DNA from: Octopus bimaculoides
Taxonomy: Eukaryota
Direction of reading: 5' to 3'
Assembly (NCBI RefSeq): GCF_001194135.2
Contig: NC_068992.1
Span: forward strand, 42,532,398-42,570,732
Length of the DNA: 38,335 bases
The position numbers and the translations under genes are program-made. The notes under the pieces are model-generated. The model was not told the DNA's origin and did no database searches. It saw only the letters and a program-made list of their open reading frames with translations. Of the stretch, positions 23,655 to 35,166 are shown in pieces. Numbering within the stretch: position 1 is the stretch's first letter; every line of letters begins with the position of its first letter.

Positions 23655-24260
23655 TTAGGGTGTTAATCGATTGCACCACAACTGGCACTTGAGCGGTACT
23701 TAGGTTATCGACCTGAAAAGGATGAAAGACAAAGTGGACCCTCGGCGGAATTTGAACTCAGAAATAAAAGCTGAAATAAAAGCTGCAAAGCATTTTGTTC
23801 GACGCGATAACGATTGTGACATCTCTCTGTATTCAACAGCTCAATAATAGTGATAATTTTTTTCACAAGACTGGGAATTTCAGCTTGAGCGAATAAATCG
23901 ATTACATCGATATCAATACCTGACTGGTATTTATTTTAATTGGTCCTGAAAGAAAGAAACGTAGACACGTCTTTGACGAAATTTGAACTCAGAATGTAAA
24001 GAGCCGGAGGAAATATCGCTATACATTTTGACCGACGTACTAACGATTCATCCGACATCCTGCTTCAATACTTCCATAATATTGGCTTCAAAATTTGGCA
24101 CATGGCCAGCACTTGCGGGAGAGGAGCAAGTCGAACACATTGACCCCATAGTTCAATTGGTATTATTTTATCGTCTCTGTTTGAACTTAGAATGTTAATA
24201 TCTGCGAAATGCCGGTAAGCATCGTACACGGCACGCTAATGTTTCTGCTAGGTCCCTGCC
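23655..24260 (-). mobile_element. Cluster of three old fragmentary family C SINE copies
   Basis: Repeated GAATTTGAACTCAG, GAAAAGGATGAAAGACAAAG and ATCGATTACATCGA blocks at ~23700-23820, ~23890-24060 and ~24090-24255. Confidence 0.7.
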
Positions 24261-25201
24261 TTTAATATGTCTGTAATGTTCGAAACTTTTTTCTGACAAA
24301 AAGTCTCATTGGTGGTTTACCTGGTTATACAGGTATGTTTTGCTGCTGCTGTTTCTACTGCCACTACACGTCTTGCTGATAATACTGCTCGTAAAGCCGC
24401 TACTGCTGCCGCTGCTGCTGCTGCCGCTGCTGCTGCTGTTGTTGTTGCTGTTTAACCACAAATCAGTTCAACATTGTTCGTATATATCCCTGTGAGGTCA
24501 TTTATCACCTACCCACTCTCCTCCACCATTATTTCTTTTCACAGGTATCTAGGACTACATTATGCGATGTGTCCTAGCTTTAGCTTCTTGGTTATTTTTT
24601 GAAGTGATTAGATGGAGGTTTAGCTATTATTTCCTCCAACCACATATTTATAGCAAACACCCAGTCTCTTGCTTGGTGTTTCATTTTATGTGTATTTACG
24701 TCTTTAAATATAAAAGCTTAAATCCATCTAGTTTTTAATATTACTAAAAGCTTCATTCAGAAAATAAATATTTACATAAAATAAATGTTGACATAAACAA
24801 GGTTCTTTTTATAGGAATTCATATTTTATAAACCATGTATCAAAAGAAGAAAAATGTTTATAGCTTTCTCTATATGTAAATCGATGGCTATAAATACGGT
24901 CGTATATACACACAATAAATACACATACATAGGGGCACTAATATAAAAAATGTTCGATTTCACATCGATATTAACTTAAATATGCATGTAAATATCGATA
25001 TATAAGCTTTTATATGTGCCCACACACTCACAAAAATCTACATACGCTCAGTTAAATGCTTAAGAAAGAAACATAAACGTGCATACGTTTCGGTACATCA
25101 ATACATAAATTAAGCAACTCAAATAAAACATGTAACTAACTCAGCGAAATATATATGATCTCTATTTGTGCGTTCACATGTCTACAAGCACACACATATA
25201 C

Positions 25202-25274
<73 letters not shown>

Positions 25275-26441
25275 AACATACATACCCAAACACACAAACA
25301 TGTTAGAGACACAACCAGGTTAGAGTTTGCCGTCCTTTATTGTTGATTAGTTTTTATATGTCCTTAATTGTCCTTTATGTCTAGTTTGGACATTAGAGTT
25401 CCTTAATCCATTACACCATTAACGTTTCGAAGCTATCTCAGCTTCATCTGCGAAAGGAAATGATAGTAGAAATGCCTTTTAGGTGGGTTTTGCATTGAGT
25501 CATAAACGATCATAAGAGTATTGACAATTCTGTTTTTCAAAATCGGATTTGAAAATCTACAATAAAATTCGATAGTTTTCGTACTCACAGCACATGCGTT
25601 GTATCTGAGTTCATTTTACTGTTGGCAAGGCCGCCACAAACACTCTCCTTAATTTGTTGTTTCATTAGATACAGTTTTGTTTTTCTATTTTTGTTGCCTA
25701 TCATGTATTACCGTGTGTTGCGATGACGCCTTGCTCTAGACGCATGGTCAATTGCCGTAGCTGTGTTGTATTTGTATGACCAATGTGGCAAATTCATTCA
25801 GGGATTTTACGTTCGTATTGGAGTTTATATATTATATTAAGTTTAAGTGAGTTCTGTTGGTTCCTAATCTGTTGCCTAGTGACACTGTATAGAGGTTTTC
25901 ATTGAAAAGAATTTTGTAATATATTCTAGCAATGCCTTTATAAGTTTGATAATGTTGTGCTTTGTGGTATATTTAATTATGTGCTCTTTCATTCTGAAAC
26001 CAAGGTGCATCTAGCTCTTGTAATCAGTAATATGTATCGGTATTCAAGTGGTAACACATCTGAGAGAATTCGCCCATCAAATGTTATATGGAGCTGTCTA
26101 ATAATTAATTAGTTAATCTTTGTTGAGTAATGTTTGCCTTTATACGCTTAGTTTCTTTTGTGTATCCCTGATAGATGAGTAACTAATTGCTCGCTCGAGA
26201 AGGTATTTGTTTATGGTATCTAAGCAGACATTCATTATCACTTTGCAGCTTTGACATATACTAAGCTGTTGCATGTATACTTTTTATGCTATGTTTATAA
26301 TGAAGAATGGCATGATGTTACAAAAGAGTTCATTTTAGAATCTTATCGGAATGTGAATGTAAGGATAAACATCTGTTACTGATGATCTTTAATTCTAATA
26401 GTCTATTAATCATTATAGGTCACAATAAGCATATAGTCAAC

Positions 26442-26515
<74 letters not shown>

Positions 26516-27159
26516 TCGAGTTAGGAGGCAACAGCCACTTCACCTCTTATGGACTTTTTTTCAGATAGAATCCCTAATGAAACACTTTGAATGTTCTACA
26601 TATTACTGTGATTAGAAAAAATATTTTAGAAGTATGCCGAAAATGGCATCTTTCTGCAGAGGGTTAGGGTGTCATACATCGAAACATCGTTTTTGTTTTT
26701 GACCGATGGTTTGTCGGATGTACAGTACTACTTAAAAGAATTTCAGCTTGAAGAATGTCTTCTGGAAGACCAAGGACACTGAACAGGTTCGGTGTCGTTG
26801 ACATAAGCACAAGAACGAAATTGAAAACGTACCAAAGCAAATGAGATGGGGATCGTAATGTATAAGCGGGAATCTGAAACGTATATCAGTTGCGGCCAAT
26901 TTAAGAAGGCGAGAAAAACCATTTGAAGTGATTTGCGCCAAGATTTCCAAGAGCGTGAATTTGGCCTGAATTTAGGCAATGCAGCAATGTCCTAGTCAGT
27001 TAGGGAGATACAGTCAGTAGTTGTGACTACATATACGTATGACAGGTCCTCATACAATATAGATATGGTTATTTTCAGACACCCGATTATCCATTTCTGA
27101 TTTGTGGCTGAAATATAAGCGGTAGTTAAAATAATGGTGGTGGATTTGTGATTACTTAC

Positions 27160-27181
27160 ATTATTTGGTTTAGTATATACT
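27160..27181 (-). CDS. Candidate 22-nt microexon
   Basis: GGAATGCCTCTCTTCAG | AGTATATACTAAACCAAATAAT | GTAAGTA. Support is splice signals only. Confidence 0.25.
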
Positions 27182-28380
27182 CTGAAGAGAGGCATTCCTT
27201 TCTTAGATTATATGTATGTATTGTGGTTATTCACTGTAACAGGATGTTCGGTTGAACCGACTGGTAGAGATCTGGCTTCAAAATCTGAAAGATTCTAATG
27301 CAAATTTCGAGTATCGGTATGTATTTCAATAGTGCAAAGTCTGCATGCAATTAGTTAGTTGAGTTCAGGATTCTAAATGATTCATGAAATGAAATTCTAT
27401 TTAAAATCTATTCCAACGAACCACCTACCATATCAAATTTGGTAACTCGAGCTAATAAGGGTAGATTTGAATGGTCACTGGAGTAGTAAGGAATAGTAGG
27501 TATCACCAAAATCAGAACATACTTCATTATATAGTAGTCAGTGATTTTCAAAAGGCTGAATGGTAGTCATGTCTGGAATACTTATAGGATAGCTCCCGCA
27601 GGAATGTTCCGGTAGTAGCAAAGTTTTGGGATGATAGAAAAATAGACAGGACTGAAATAGTAGCAGTTTCATAAATATATACTGTGCTGGACTCACATAA
27701 ATATTGACCAGCGACGCGCCCATCTCCGAAGTTACCTCTATATGAACCTGCTCCGATTACTATCTGATAATCGACTTAATTTTAGATAAAATTGTATCTA
27801 TATGATGGATGAATGAAAATTCACTTTGAATAACCAAATGGTTGAATATTTGGATAATTTTTTAAACTACGAATTGGTTCCAAATTTTAAAACTTGAGAA
27901 CATACAATTCCAAGCATTTATATATCTATAATCTGAATATGTCTATCTTCAATTTAGTAAATATGTTTATAAGATTGTTTAAAATTTCGTAAATATCTGA
28001 ATAAGTTCATCTTAAATTTAGTAAATAAATAAATAAGCCTACTTTCAATTTAATAAGTTTAAGCCTCTATTGAAATTTAGTAGTACGTAAACAGTCTGTA
28101 TTTGGATAATGACAATACAATTATGTAGAATGCTTATCATATTAGTGAATTGAAGATTTACATTTTGAATTTGGAATTGTATTGTTATTCTATATCTCCT
28201 TTGCCATCCGTTAGTTAATGTTTACAACTAATACATTCAATTCTTGAAAATATTTAAATGGTGTTGAAAATGCATTTGGCATGACGATATTCAACTAAAC
28301 CCATGAGCATTGTTAAAAATTTGATTCCAGGTTTTAACAGGTATCACGCTCTTTTAATAACTCTAAAAAGTCTCTTGAAA

Positions 28381-29601
28381 ACGAGAGTCGACTGAATAGT
28401 TCATAGGCTGACCAAGATAGTCTCATGGAATTTAGCCAAATGAGGTTTCGCTTTCAATACCGTCCTCCATCGGGTCCACACACTTCTTCCTTTGACCTTG
28501 CAGCACTTGAAAGCCATCGGTGAAGAAGCTTTATTGTCATTGGTCACAAAATCTCCTCAACAGCAAATATGACGTTGTCATCACTGTGTTATCGGTTCAC
28601 AACCAACTGTCTGTTCATATTGAGGAACAACAGTTGATAGTCAGATGAGATCAAATCAATATCATAGGGAGGGCGATCAACCTATTCTAAACTGCAGAAT
28701 TGCACAGCAGCCATTGAAACCAAGGACTGGTTTGTTGGATCATTATCCTGATGAAATAGTTTTCCTGGCTGTTTTTTGTCTTGGTAGCTTTTCGTAACTG
28801 CCCCAGGAAGCTAGCACAGTGTTCCCCAATGATGATGTGACCCTTCTGAAGATAGTCAATGAAAACAATCCAAAGCCATCGCATCCCCTGTAGATGAAAC
28901 AACGTTGATCTATCTTCGAGCAGGCGAGGAGGGGTGCTTCCACTGCATGGGTTGCCTACTTGTTCTTGGCTCAACGTGATAAGCCAAACACTCATCCTGA
29001 GTCAGGAAATGTTAAAGGAATACAGCTGGATCTGCCTCAAACAATGTCAGATTTTAATGTGATGTGATCAACCTGGTGCACTTTTGATCAAGTGTTAGAT
29101 GTGGTCCCTCATTGAGCAGAATTCTTCGTCATGCCAAGTTCATTGTGCAGAATATTCTCAACTCTCACACAGGATATGCTAAAAGCATTACCGATTTGAA
29201 TTATAATCATCGATCTATGTTTCCCTCGGTGGTGGTAGTTGCAGGGCATCAGACCTTGAAACATCTTCAAGACCACCCTAAGTTCAGCTGCCCACTTTTG
29301 TTTTTACTTTGGATAAAGCTGGAGCGTCATCTCCTAATGTATTAAGTATGTCAGCATGAATGTCCTTGGGTACGAAACACTTTTTTCTGCCCCTGCACCA
29401 CGAAGTCAAATTTTGTCCACTTCTAAGAGAAATCGCTACTGATTATTTTTAAAGTCTTCCTTGAACAATCACTTACCACTTTACATGGAACGAAACAATG
29501 CAGTTATTAATAAATCGTGTTGAAATTAATGCATGCAATAATTCACAGCTCTTGCATCATTCCATCATTATCAGCCAATGAACTTTTCCCAATGCTCTAT
29601 T
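28381..29601 (-). mobile_element. Full-length but decayed mariner transposon with both TIRs
   Basis: TIRs are ACGAGAGTCGACTGAATAGTTCATAGGCTGA (28381-28411) and its diverged inverse (29571-29601), spanning 1221 bp. Remnants include KDIHADILNTLGDDAPALSKV, ENILHNELGMTK, FLTQDEC, MQWKHPSSP, IVFIDYLQKG, FHQDN and decayed HPPYSPDL. Confidence 0.9.
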
Positions 29602-29739
29602 TTCCTCATTCAGGTAACCAATTAAGTAGTCGCTGTGTAAAGTTTGAAATACTTGAGGCCCTCAATCTTTTGCTGGATTATCCGCTGCTGAGTAGAAATA
29701 TTACGTTTATCTTGGCCATGTAGCCAAAAGAGGTGGTGA

Positions 29740-29900
29740 TCTTAAATTATAATGGGGTCGTTGTAGACTGTCGCTCGGTTTAAGATCATTACTTGACACT
29801 TAGGTTCATCAAGCAGTGTTTCAGCCTGTTGCAATAATTCGAGGCTAAGTATAAGTACTTCTCTTACTTCCACTAATCTCGGAGCTCTTGAGTGGGGTGA
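29740..29900 (+). mobile_element. Possible very old LINE reverse-transcriptase fragment
   Basis: One frame reads DCRSV*DHYLTLRFIKQC, resembling the GRSTxDHIFTLRxI motif of non-LTR RTs. The match is short and contains stops. Confidence 0.3.
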
Positions 29901-30059
29901 GAGTAGAGGTCTTATGAGCATAATATTTCTATTTTCCGCGAGCATGAAACAAATTATTATTATAAATGAATTAATGATATACTCTTCCTACTCAGATTCT
30001 GCATAGAGATGAAAGATAACCTCTTGACAAATCAAATACCAAAATACAGAGTCAGTTAC

Positions 30060-30100
30060 CAGTTGTGACTAATTCATTTACTGACGTCCTTAAACTTTCG
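30060..30100 (-). CDS. Candidate 41-nt exon (only open frame: ESLRTSVNELVTT)
   Basis: GATTCTCACTTCAG | exon | GTAACT on the minus strand. Support is splice signals only. Confidence 0.22.
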
Positions 30101-31728
30101 CTGAAGTGAGAATCACATCAAGCACATCAAAATATGTACACATAAAAAATAAGTCACTATTGAAGCCTCTGCATTGTCGTTGTATCGGCTAAGTGTGACA
30201 ATCTAATCTGTCTAGATGAACAAACCATAGCCCTGAAAATGAAGGAAAATTTTCAGTTATATAACATTTAATGAAGTGTATTTGAACAGAAATACTAGGA
30301 GGGATAGAAATGGTTGTTAGAGCTTTTGTCGTGTGTATATTGAATTTTAACCAATATGATTGTCTAGAATTAAGAAGGCGTTAAAGTATGAACAAGTGTT
30401 CCTTCGCGTTACATTATGACTCACAAAATAATAGGACTTCGATCATTCTTCTGCTAAATAGAGACCCACAAGGTGTTAAGCAACTGCGCATCAAAAAACC
30501 TTCCTACTTGTGCCAGCATAAAATAAGCTCAGGATTTTAAAAATGTATAAGTAAATTGGTAAATCGAATTATGAATAGAATATTATTTAATTTTCTTTGA
30601 AATGTTCAAACAATACGTTTTCATATTTTATAATTGCAAATGTATATTACAGATCGCAATATTTGCCTGGTTTTGCGTAATAATATTTTGACATTCACCA
30701 AACAATAATATTAATGTTTTGTTCACTTCTTTCTCCTAAATCTCACACGTCCTTCGCTGGTCTTCAGCTTATAATGGGGTTTGATATCAGTGTCAATATA
30801 TCTTTACAACTGAAAAAGTGTTATTAAATGCATATATCAAAAGCTAATATCAAATGTGTAAATGGAAATCATGGTGATAGGAACACTTAACAATAAATAT
30901 CATATTCCAGATATTTCATTTCTACAATTTTAGCTCCTGTCCTTCAGTCGGCTTCATGCTCACTAAAAATATATTTACCGAAAGCAAAGACAATCTCACA
31001 AAGGGAGAAAACTCTCATAATATATTGTGCAAAAGCATTTTCTTCAAAAATTCTTTTGTAGTATGGAGAGGTTCAGTGTCTAATGCTGATGAAATCAGAT
31101 TATAGCAAAGGGGTGGCAATTCTTAAATTTTAATTACCTAACATTTTATTAATGCAAAATATGAGGGAATGGCAAAAAACATGGGGAGAAATTGTTTTTT
31201 TCTCTTTGAAGAGGTTTAACAATTGTTTGTGATGTAGTAGTAGAGCCAGTAATTTCAAAGGAGGGTCGATACCATTGATCTAAGTAGCTATTTCCCCCAT
31301 TTTACCGATCCCAGAGTGTTGAAAAGCCGAAATGAACCCAAAACGTAAATATTCAGAAGAAATATCTCAAAGCACTTCTTCCGAGGTTCTAACGATTCTA
31401 CCAAATTGCAGAATTGAAGGGTTCTAATAAGTTTGTTTGAACTTGTATTATTAAAACTTGAGGAAGATGATACATGAGGAAGATTACACAGATAAAACAC
31501 TTGGCAAAAGGAAATACTGGACCATGGACAGTTAAAATATTGGACAGAATTAAAATATGAAAACTGGACAGGTAAAAATAAACTGGACGCAAGCACTGAA
31601 CACTGAATATAATTAAAAACTCTCGGCTTGTTTGGCGAGAAGACTTAGCCTGTTTAAAATGTGAAAACTGGACAAGTTGAACACTGGTCAAAATTCTCTA
31701 GTTTTCTCTTTCTATATTTTTTTATCCA

Positions 31729-31824
31729 TATCTTTTCGCAAGCAACTACGTTCCCCTACCGTCGTCGTTGAGCAATATCCGAGATGTGACATTTGTACGA
31801 AGGGAAGGATGCAATTTCAAATAT
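31729..31824 (+). repeat. 96-bp direct repeat, copy 1 (copy 2 at 32745-32840)
   Basis: Ungapped manual alignment gives 7 mismatches in 96 bp. Confidence 0.92.
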
Positions 31825-31924
31825 TTAATATTTCATCACTCTGTAGAGTGATGAAATATAAAAAATGTACATTATTTACATTATTTACATTTGACAGATA
31901 TTTGTTCTCATCTTGTTTGTTGTT

Positions 31925-31973
31925 AACACAACAACGTTTCGGCTGATATACCATCCAGCCTTCATCAGGCGTC
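31925..31973 (-). ncRNA. Minimal type I hammerhead ribozyme, canonical core
   Basis: GACGC-CUGAUGA-A-GGCUG(GAUGGUAUAU)CAGCC-GAAAC(GUU)GUU-GUGUU has an intact core, a 5-bp stem II, a 5-bp stem I and a minimal helix III. Predicted cleavage is between 31930 and 31929. Confidence 0.75.
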
Positions 31974-32021
31974 TTGGGGAAGTTTCGAACTTGGGTTCTC
32001 ATCATTCGATTCCAGGCAGTG

Positions 32022-32102
<81 letters not shown>

Positions 32103-32149
32103 TCGAAAAATACCTTAGGAATGAGAACTCAGCTTCGAAATTTCCCCAA

Positions 32150-32195
32150 GACACCTGATGATAGCTAGAGAGTATATCAGTCGAAACGTTGTGTT
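32150..32195 (+). ncRNA. Minimal type I hammerhead, degenerate stem II
   Basis: GACAC-CUGAUGA-U-AGCUA..CAGUC-GAAAC-GUU-GUGUU has an intact core and stem I. The G10.1-C11.1 pair and one more stem II pair are lost, and helix III is the loopless palindrome ACGU. Confidence 0.6.
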
Positions 32196-32332
32196 AACAA
32201 CAAACAAGATGAGGACAAATATCCGTCAAATGTAAATAATGTAAATAATGTACATAATTCCTCATCTCTTAAATATAGAAACGTAAATATAAAATGGTTC
32301 CGTTTTATAATTCACTGTCTATTTTCCCGTAG

Positions 32333-32416
32333 CCCATTTACAACAGAGCCAACAAGAAAATTTCCATTGTTTTGATTATCTCATTGAACAAATTCGTGGC
32401 TCTTTCTATGACATAG
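32333..32416 (+). CDS. Candidate 84-nt symmetric (phase 1-1) internal coding exon of an unidentified gene
   Basis: CTGTCTATTTTCCCGTAG acceptor and AG|GTGAAC donor. Only one frame is open: HLQQSQQENFHCFDYLIEQIRGSFYDI. Protein-like composition, but the family is not recognised. Confidence 0.4.
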   Translation, partial: PIYNRANKKISIVLIISLNKFVALSMT

Positions 32417-32569
32417 GTGAACTCAGAGTTTAATAGATAGAAATGGGTTAATAGGCTTATAGAAATGGCAACGAAGTATCAAGTTCCAGCCTCAAGACTA
32501 ATACAAACACGAGTTAACAGAAGAGTTCCACTTGGTAGTATGTGTAGCCAATTTTCTTATTCATTTCTT

Positions 32570-32699
32570 AAAAAGTAGAATCGAACGCCTGGGTGAGTAT
32601 AATGCCTGAGTGAGTGTAATGCCTGAGTGATTATAACGCCTAGGTGAGTAGAACGCCTGGGTGAGTACAAAAAGTAGAATCGTTATGCCTGGGTGAGTA
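32570..32699 (+). repeat. 17-bp minisatellite (TAACGCCTGGGTGAGTA) with a repeated 14-bp leader
   Basis: Five units at 32583-32667. The leader AAAAAGTAGAATCG repeats at 32669, followed by a sixth unit at 32683-32699. Confidence 0.88.
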
Positions 32700-32744
32700 T
32701 ACCTTGATAGTATTCAGTATGTTTTTAATAAAGTTTTTGATCCC

Positions 32745-32840
32745 TATGTTTTCGCAAACAACTACGTTCCTCTACCTTTGTCGCTGAGCAATATCCGGGA
32801 TGTGACATTTGTACGAAGGGAAGGATGCAATTTCAAATAT
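32745..32840 (+). repeat. 96-bp direct repeat, copy 2
   Basis: Matches 31729-31824. Confidence 0.92.
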
Positions 32841-33409
32841 CTTGAGATGACCTTTAGGATATGACTTTCCGAAATGAAATATTTACATGTTTTAAATGAC
32901 ATAAATTTACTGGATCGGGTCTTTAAAATATTTTATCCCGCTTGGAGCAAATCCACCAGATTTAAAAACCAGATGTATCATCGCTGCAGCTATTCCTAAT
33001 CTGGAGTAATCGAAATTAATGCAAGACCATATAATACGAAGCATACTGCTTTTGAAATGGGGATTCATTAAAGAGATTCATTCGGGTTTATGAACTGTGG
33101 GAGATTTGGCTGCTATCTAAAGCAGGTCATATAGTTGTTTACAAGTTGCCAATAAAGTAAATTGAATATCCACAGAGTAGTATTCCAGAAAAAGATGGCG
33201 TAAATGAAAATGGAGTCAATATTTTTTAGGCTTATAGTATTAACAATTATTCGCGTATCTCTATAATAAAGAGCCAAATAACCCACGCACAATATAGTTA
33301 CGAAATATTTGTTCTCTGTACAAAAACTATAAAGCACAAACACACGTAAAACACACATAGAATTATATAATATACATATATGTATATATGTGTGTATGTG
33401 TGTGTATAC

Positions 33410-33442
<33 letters not shown>

Positions 33443-34298
33443 NNNNNNNNNNNNNNNNNNNNNNNNNNNNNNNNNNNNNNNNNNNNNNNNNNNNNNNNNN
33501 NNNNNNNNNNNNNNNNNNNNNNNNNNNNNNNNNNNNNNNNNNNNNNNNNNNNNNNNNNNNNNNNNNNNNNNNNNNNNNNNNNNNNNNNNNNNNNNNNNNN
33601 NNNNNNNNNNNNNNNNNNNNNNNNNNNNNNNNNNNNNNNNNNNNNNNNNNNNNNNNNNNNNNNNNNNNNNNNNNNNNNNNNNNNNNNNNNNNNNNNNNNN
33701 NNNNNNNNNNNNNNNNNNNNNNNNNNNNNNNNNNNNNNNNNNNNNNNNNNNNNNNNNNNNNNNNNNNNNNNNNNNNNNNNNNNNNNNNNNNNNNNNNNNN
33801 NNNNNNNNNNNNNNNNNNNNNNNNNNNNNNNNNNNNNNNNNNNNNNNNNNNNNNNNNNNNNNNNNNNNNNNNNNNNNNNNNNNNNNNNNNNNNNNNNNNN
33901 NNNNNNNNNNNNNNNNNNNNNNNNNNNNNNNNNNNNNNNNNNNNNNNNNNNNNNNNNNNNNNNNNNNNNNNNNNNNNNNNNNNNNNNNNNNNNNNNNNNN
34001 NNNNNNNNNNNNNNNNNNNNNNNNNNNNNNNNNNNNNNNNNNNNNNNNNNNNNNNNNNNNNNNNNNNNNNNNNNNNNNNNNNNNNNNNNNNNNNNNNNNN
34101 NNNNNNNNNNNNNNNNNNNNNNNNNNNNNNNNNNNNNNNNNNNNNNNNNNNNNNNNNNNNNNNNNNNNNNNNNNNNNNNNNNNNNNNNNNNNNNNNNNNN
34201 NNNNNNNNNNNNNNNNNNNNNNNNNNNNNNNNNNNNNNNNNNNNNNNNNNNNNNNNNNNNNNNNNNNNNNNNNNNNNNNNNNNNNNNNNNNNNNNNNN

Positions 34299-34338
<40 letters not shown>

Positions 34339-35127
34339 TATTATACGTATGTATATACGTAGTTATATGCATATATATATATACGTGTGTGTGTATGTAT
34401 GCATTTATATGTATATACATATATATGTCTATGTATGTATTTATTTGTATGTATATGTATGTGTATGTGTGTGTGTGAATTCACCTATTATAAAGCTTGA
34501 TATGTAAATGATGATATAATTAGCTAACACCTAGATTAGTAAATTATTGCAAGGAATGTCACTAAAAGCATAAAGTTAAGTTACCTCGAAGTTAACAGTA
34601 TACACATAGGAACACATAGATACACGCATACACACAGGCATGCATGCAAGTATGTATGTATGTATACATGTATGTATATATGTATGTATGTATTCAAGGA
34701 TCGTCTACAGGTGTTGAGGCGATGACAGATTTTGTTTCGATTTAATATCGCATAATATTACATAATCATAGCCTGTATTGATTCCACTATTGTAAACGAT
34801 ATCGCTGTTATTAAAACGATCGTAACCTGATAATGTATGTGATACCAAATGGTTTCATTAGTTTATTCATTTCAGATATACGCATATATTTATAAATATT
34901 AATGTGTATTATATAGGATACGCATTCAGAAAATCATGCGACTCTTACTGCAAACTACTTTTACGGATTCGGTAATCAACTCACGCAGGAATTAATTATA
35001 AAAGTTAGGAAATGTAAAATGTTCATGTAACTGAAAAACTGGAAAATCCGTGAGATAAAATTATTCTGTGTGGAATATATCAAAGTAATATGTGAGGAAA
35101 CATGAGCGGTATACATATATATTAATG

Positions 35128-35166
<39 letters not shown>

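Larger units (their letters stand above)
31865..32280. mobile_element. Head-to-head inverted pair of a hammerhead-bearing Penelope-like terminal repeat separated by (AAT)n
   Basis: 31865-32002 is the reverse complement of 32121-32255, with scattered substitutions and one 3-bp indel. (AAT)n lies at 32027-32100. Each arm carries CTGATGA...GAAAC. Confidence 0.8.

Noticed and set aside
26175-26202. Strong-looking plus-strand 28-nt exon
   Set aside because: It has stops in all three frames. It serves as an internal control showing that good splice-signal pairs arise by chance here.
27697-27723. ATG-initiated exon MGASLVNIY followed by GTGAGT (minus strand)
   Set aside because: Its phase 0 end meets a stop in the next candidate exon, and there is no other support.
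22561-32699. CRISPR interpretation of the 21-bp and 17-bp arrays
   Set aside because: The context is eukaryotic, the linkers are only 0-7 nt and there are no cas genes.
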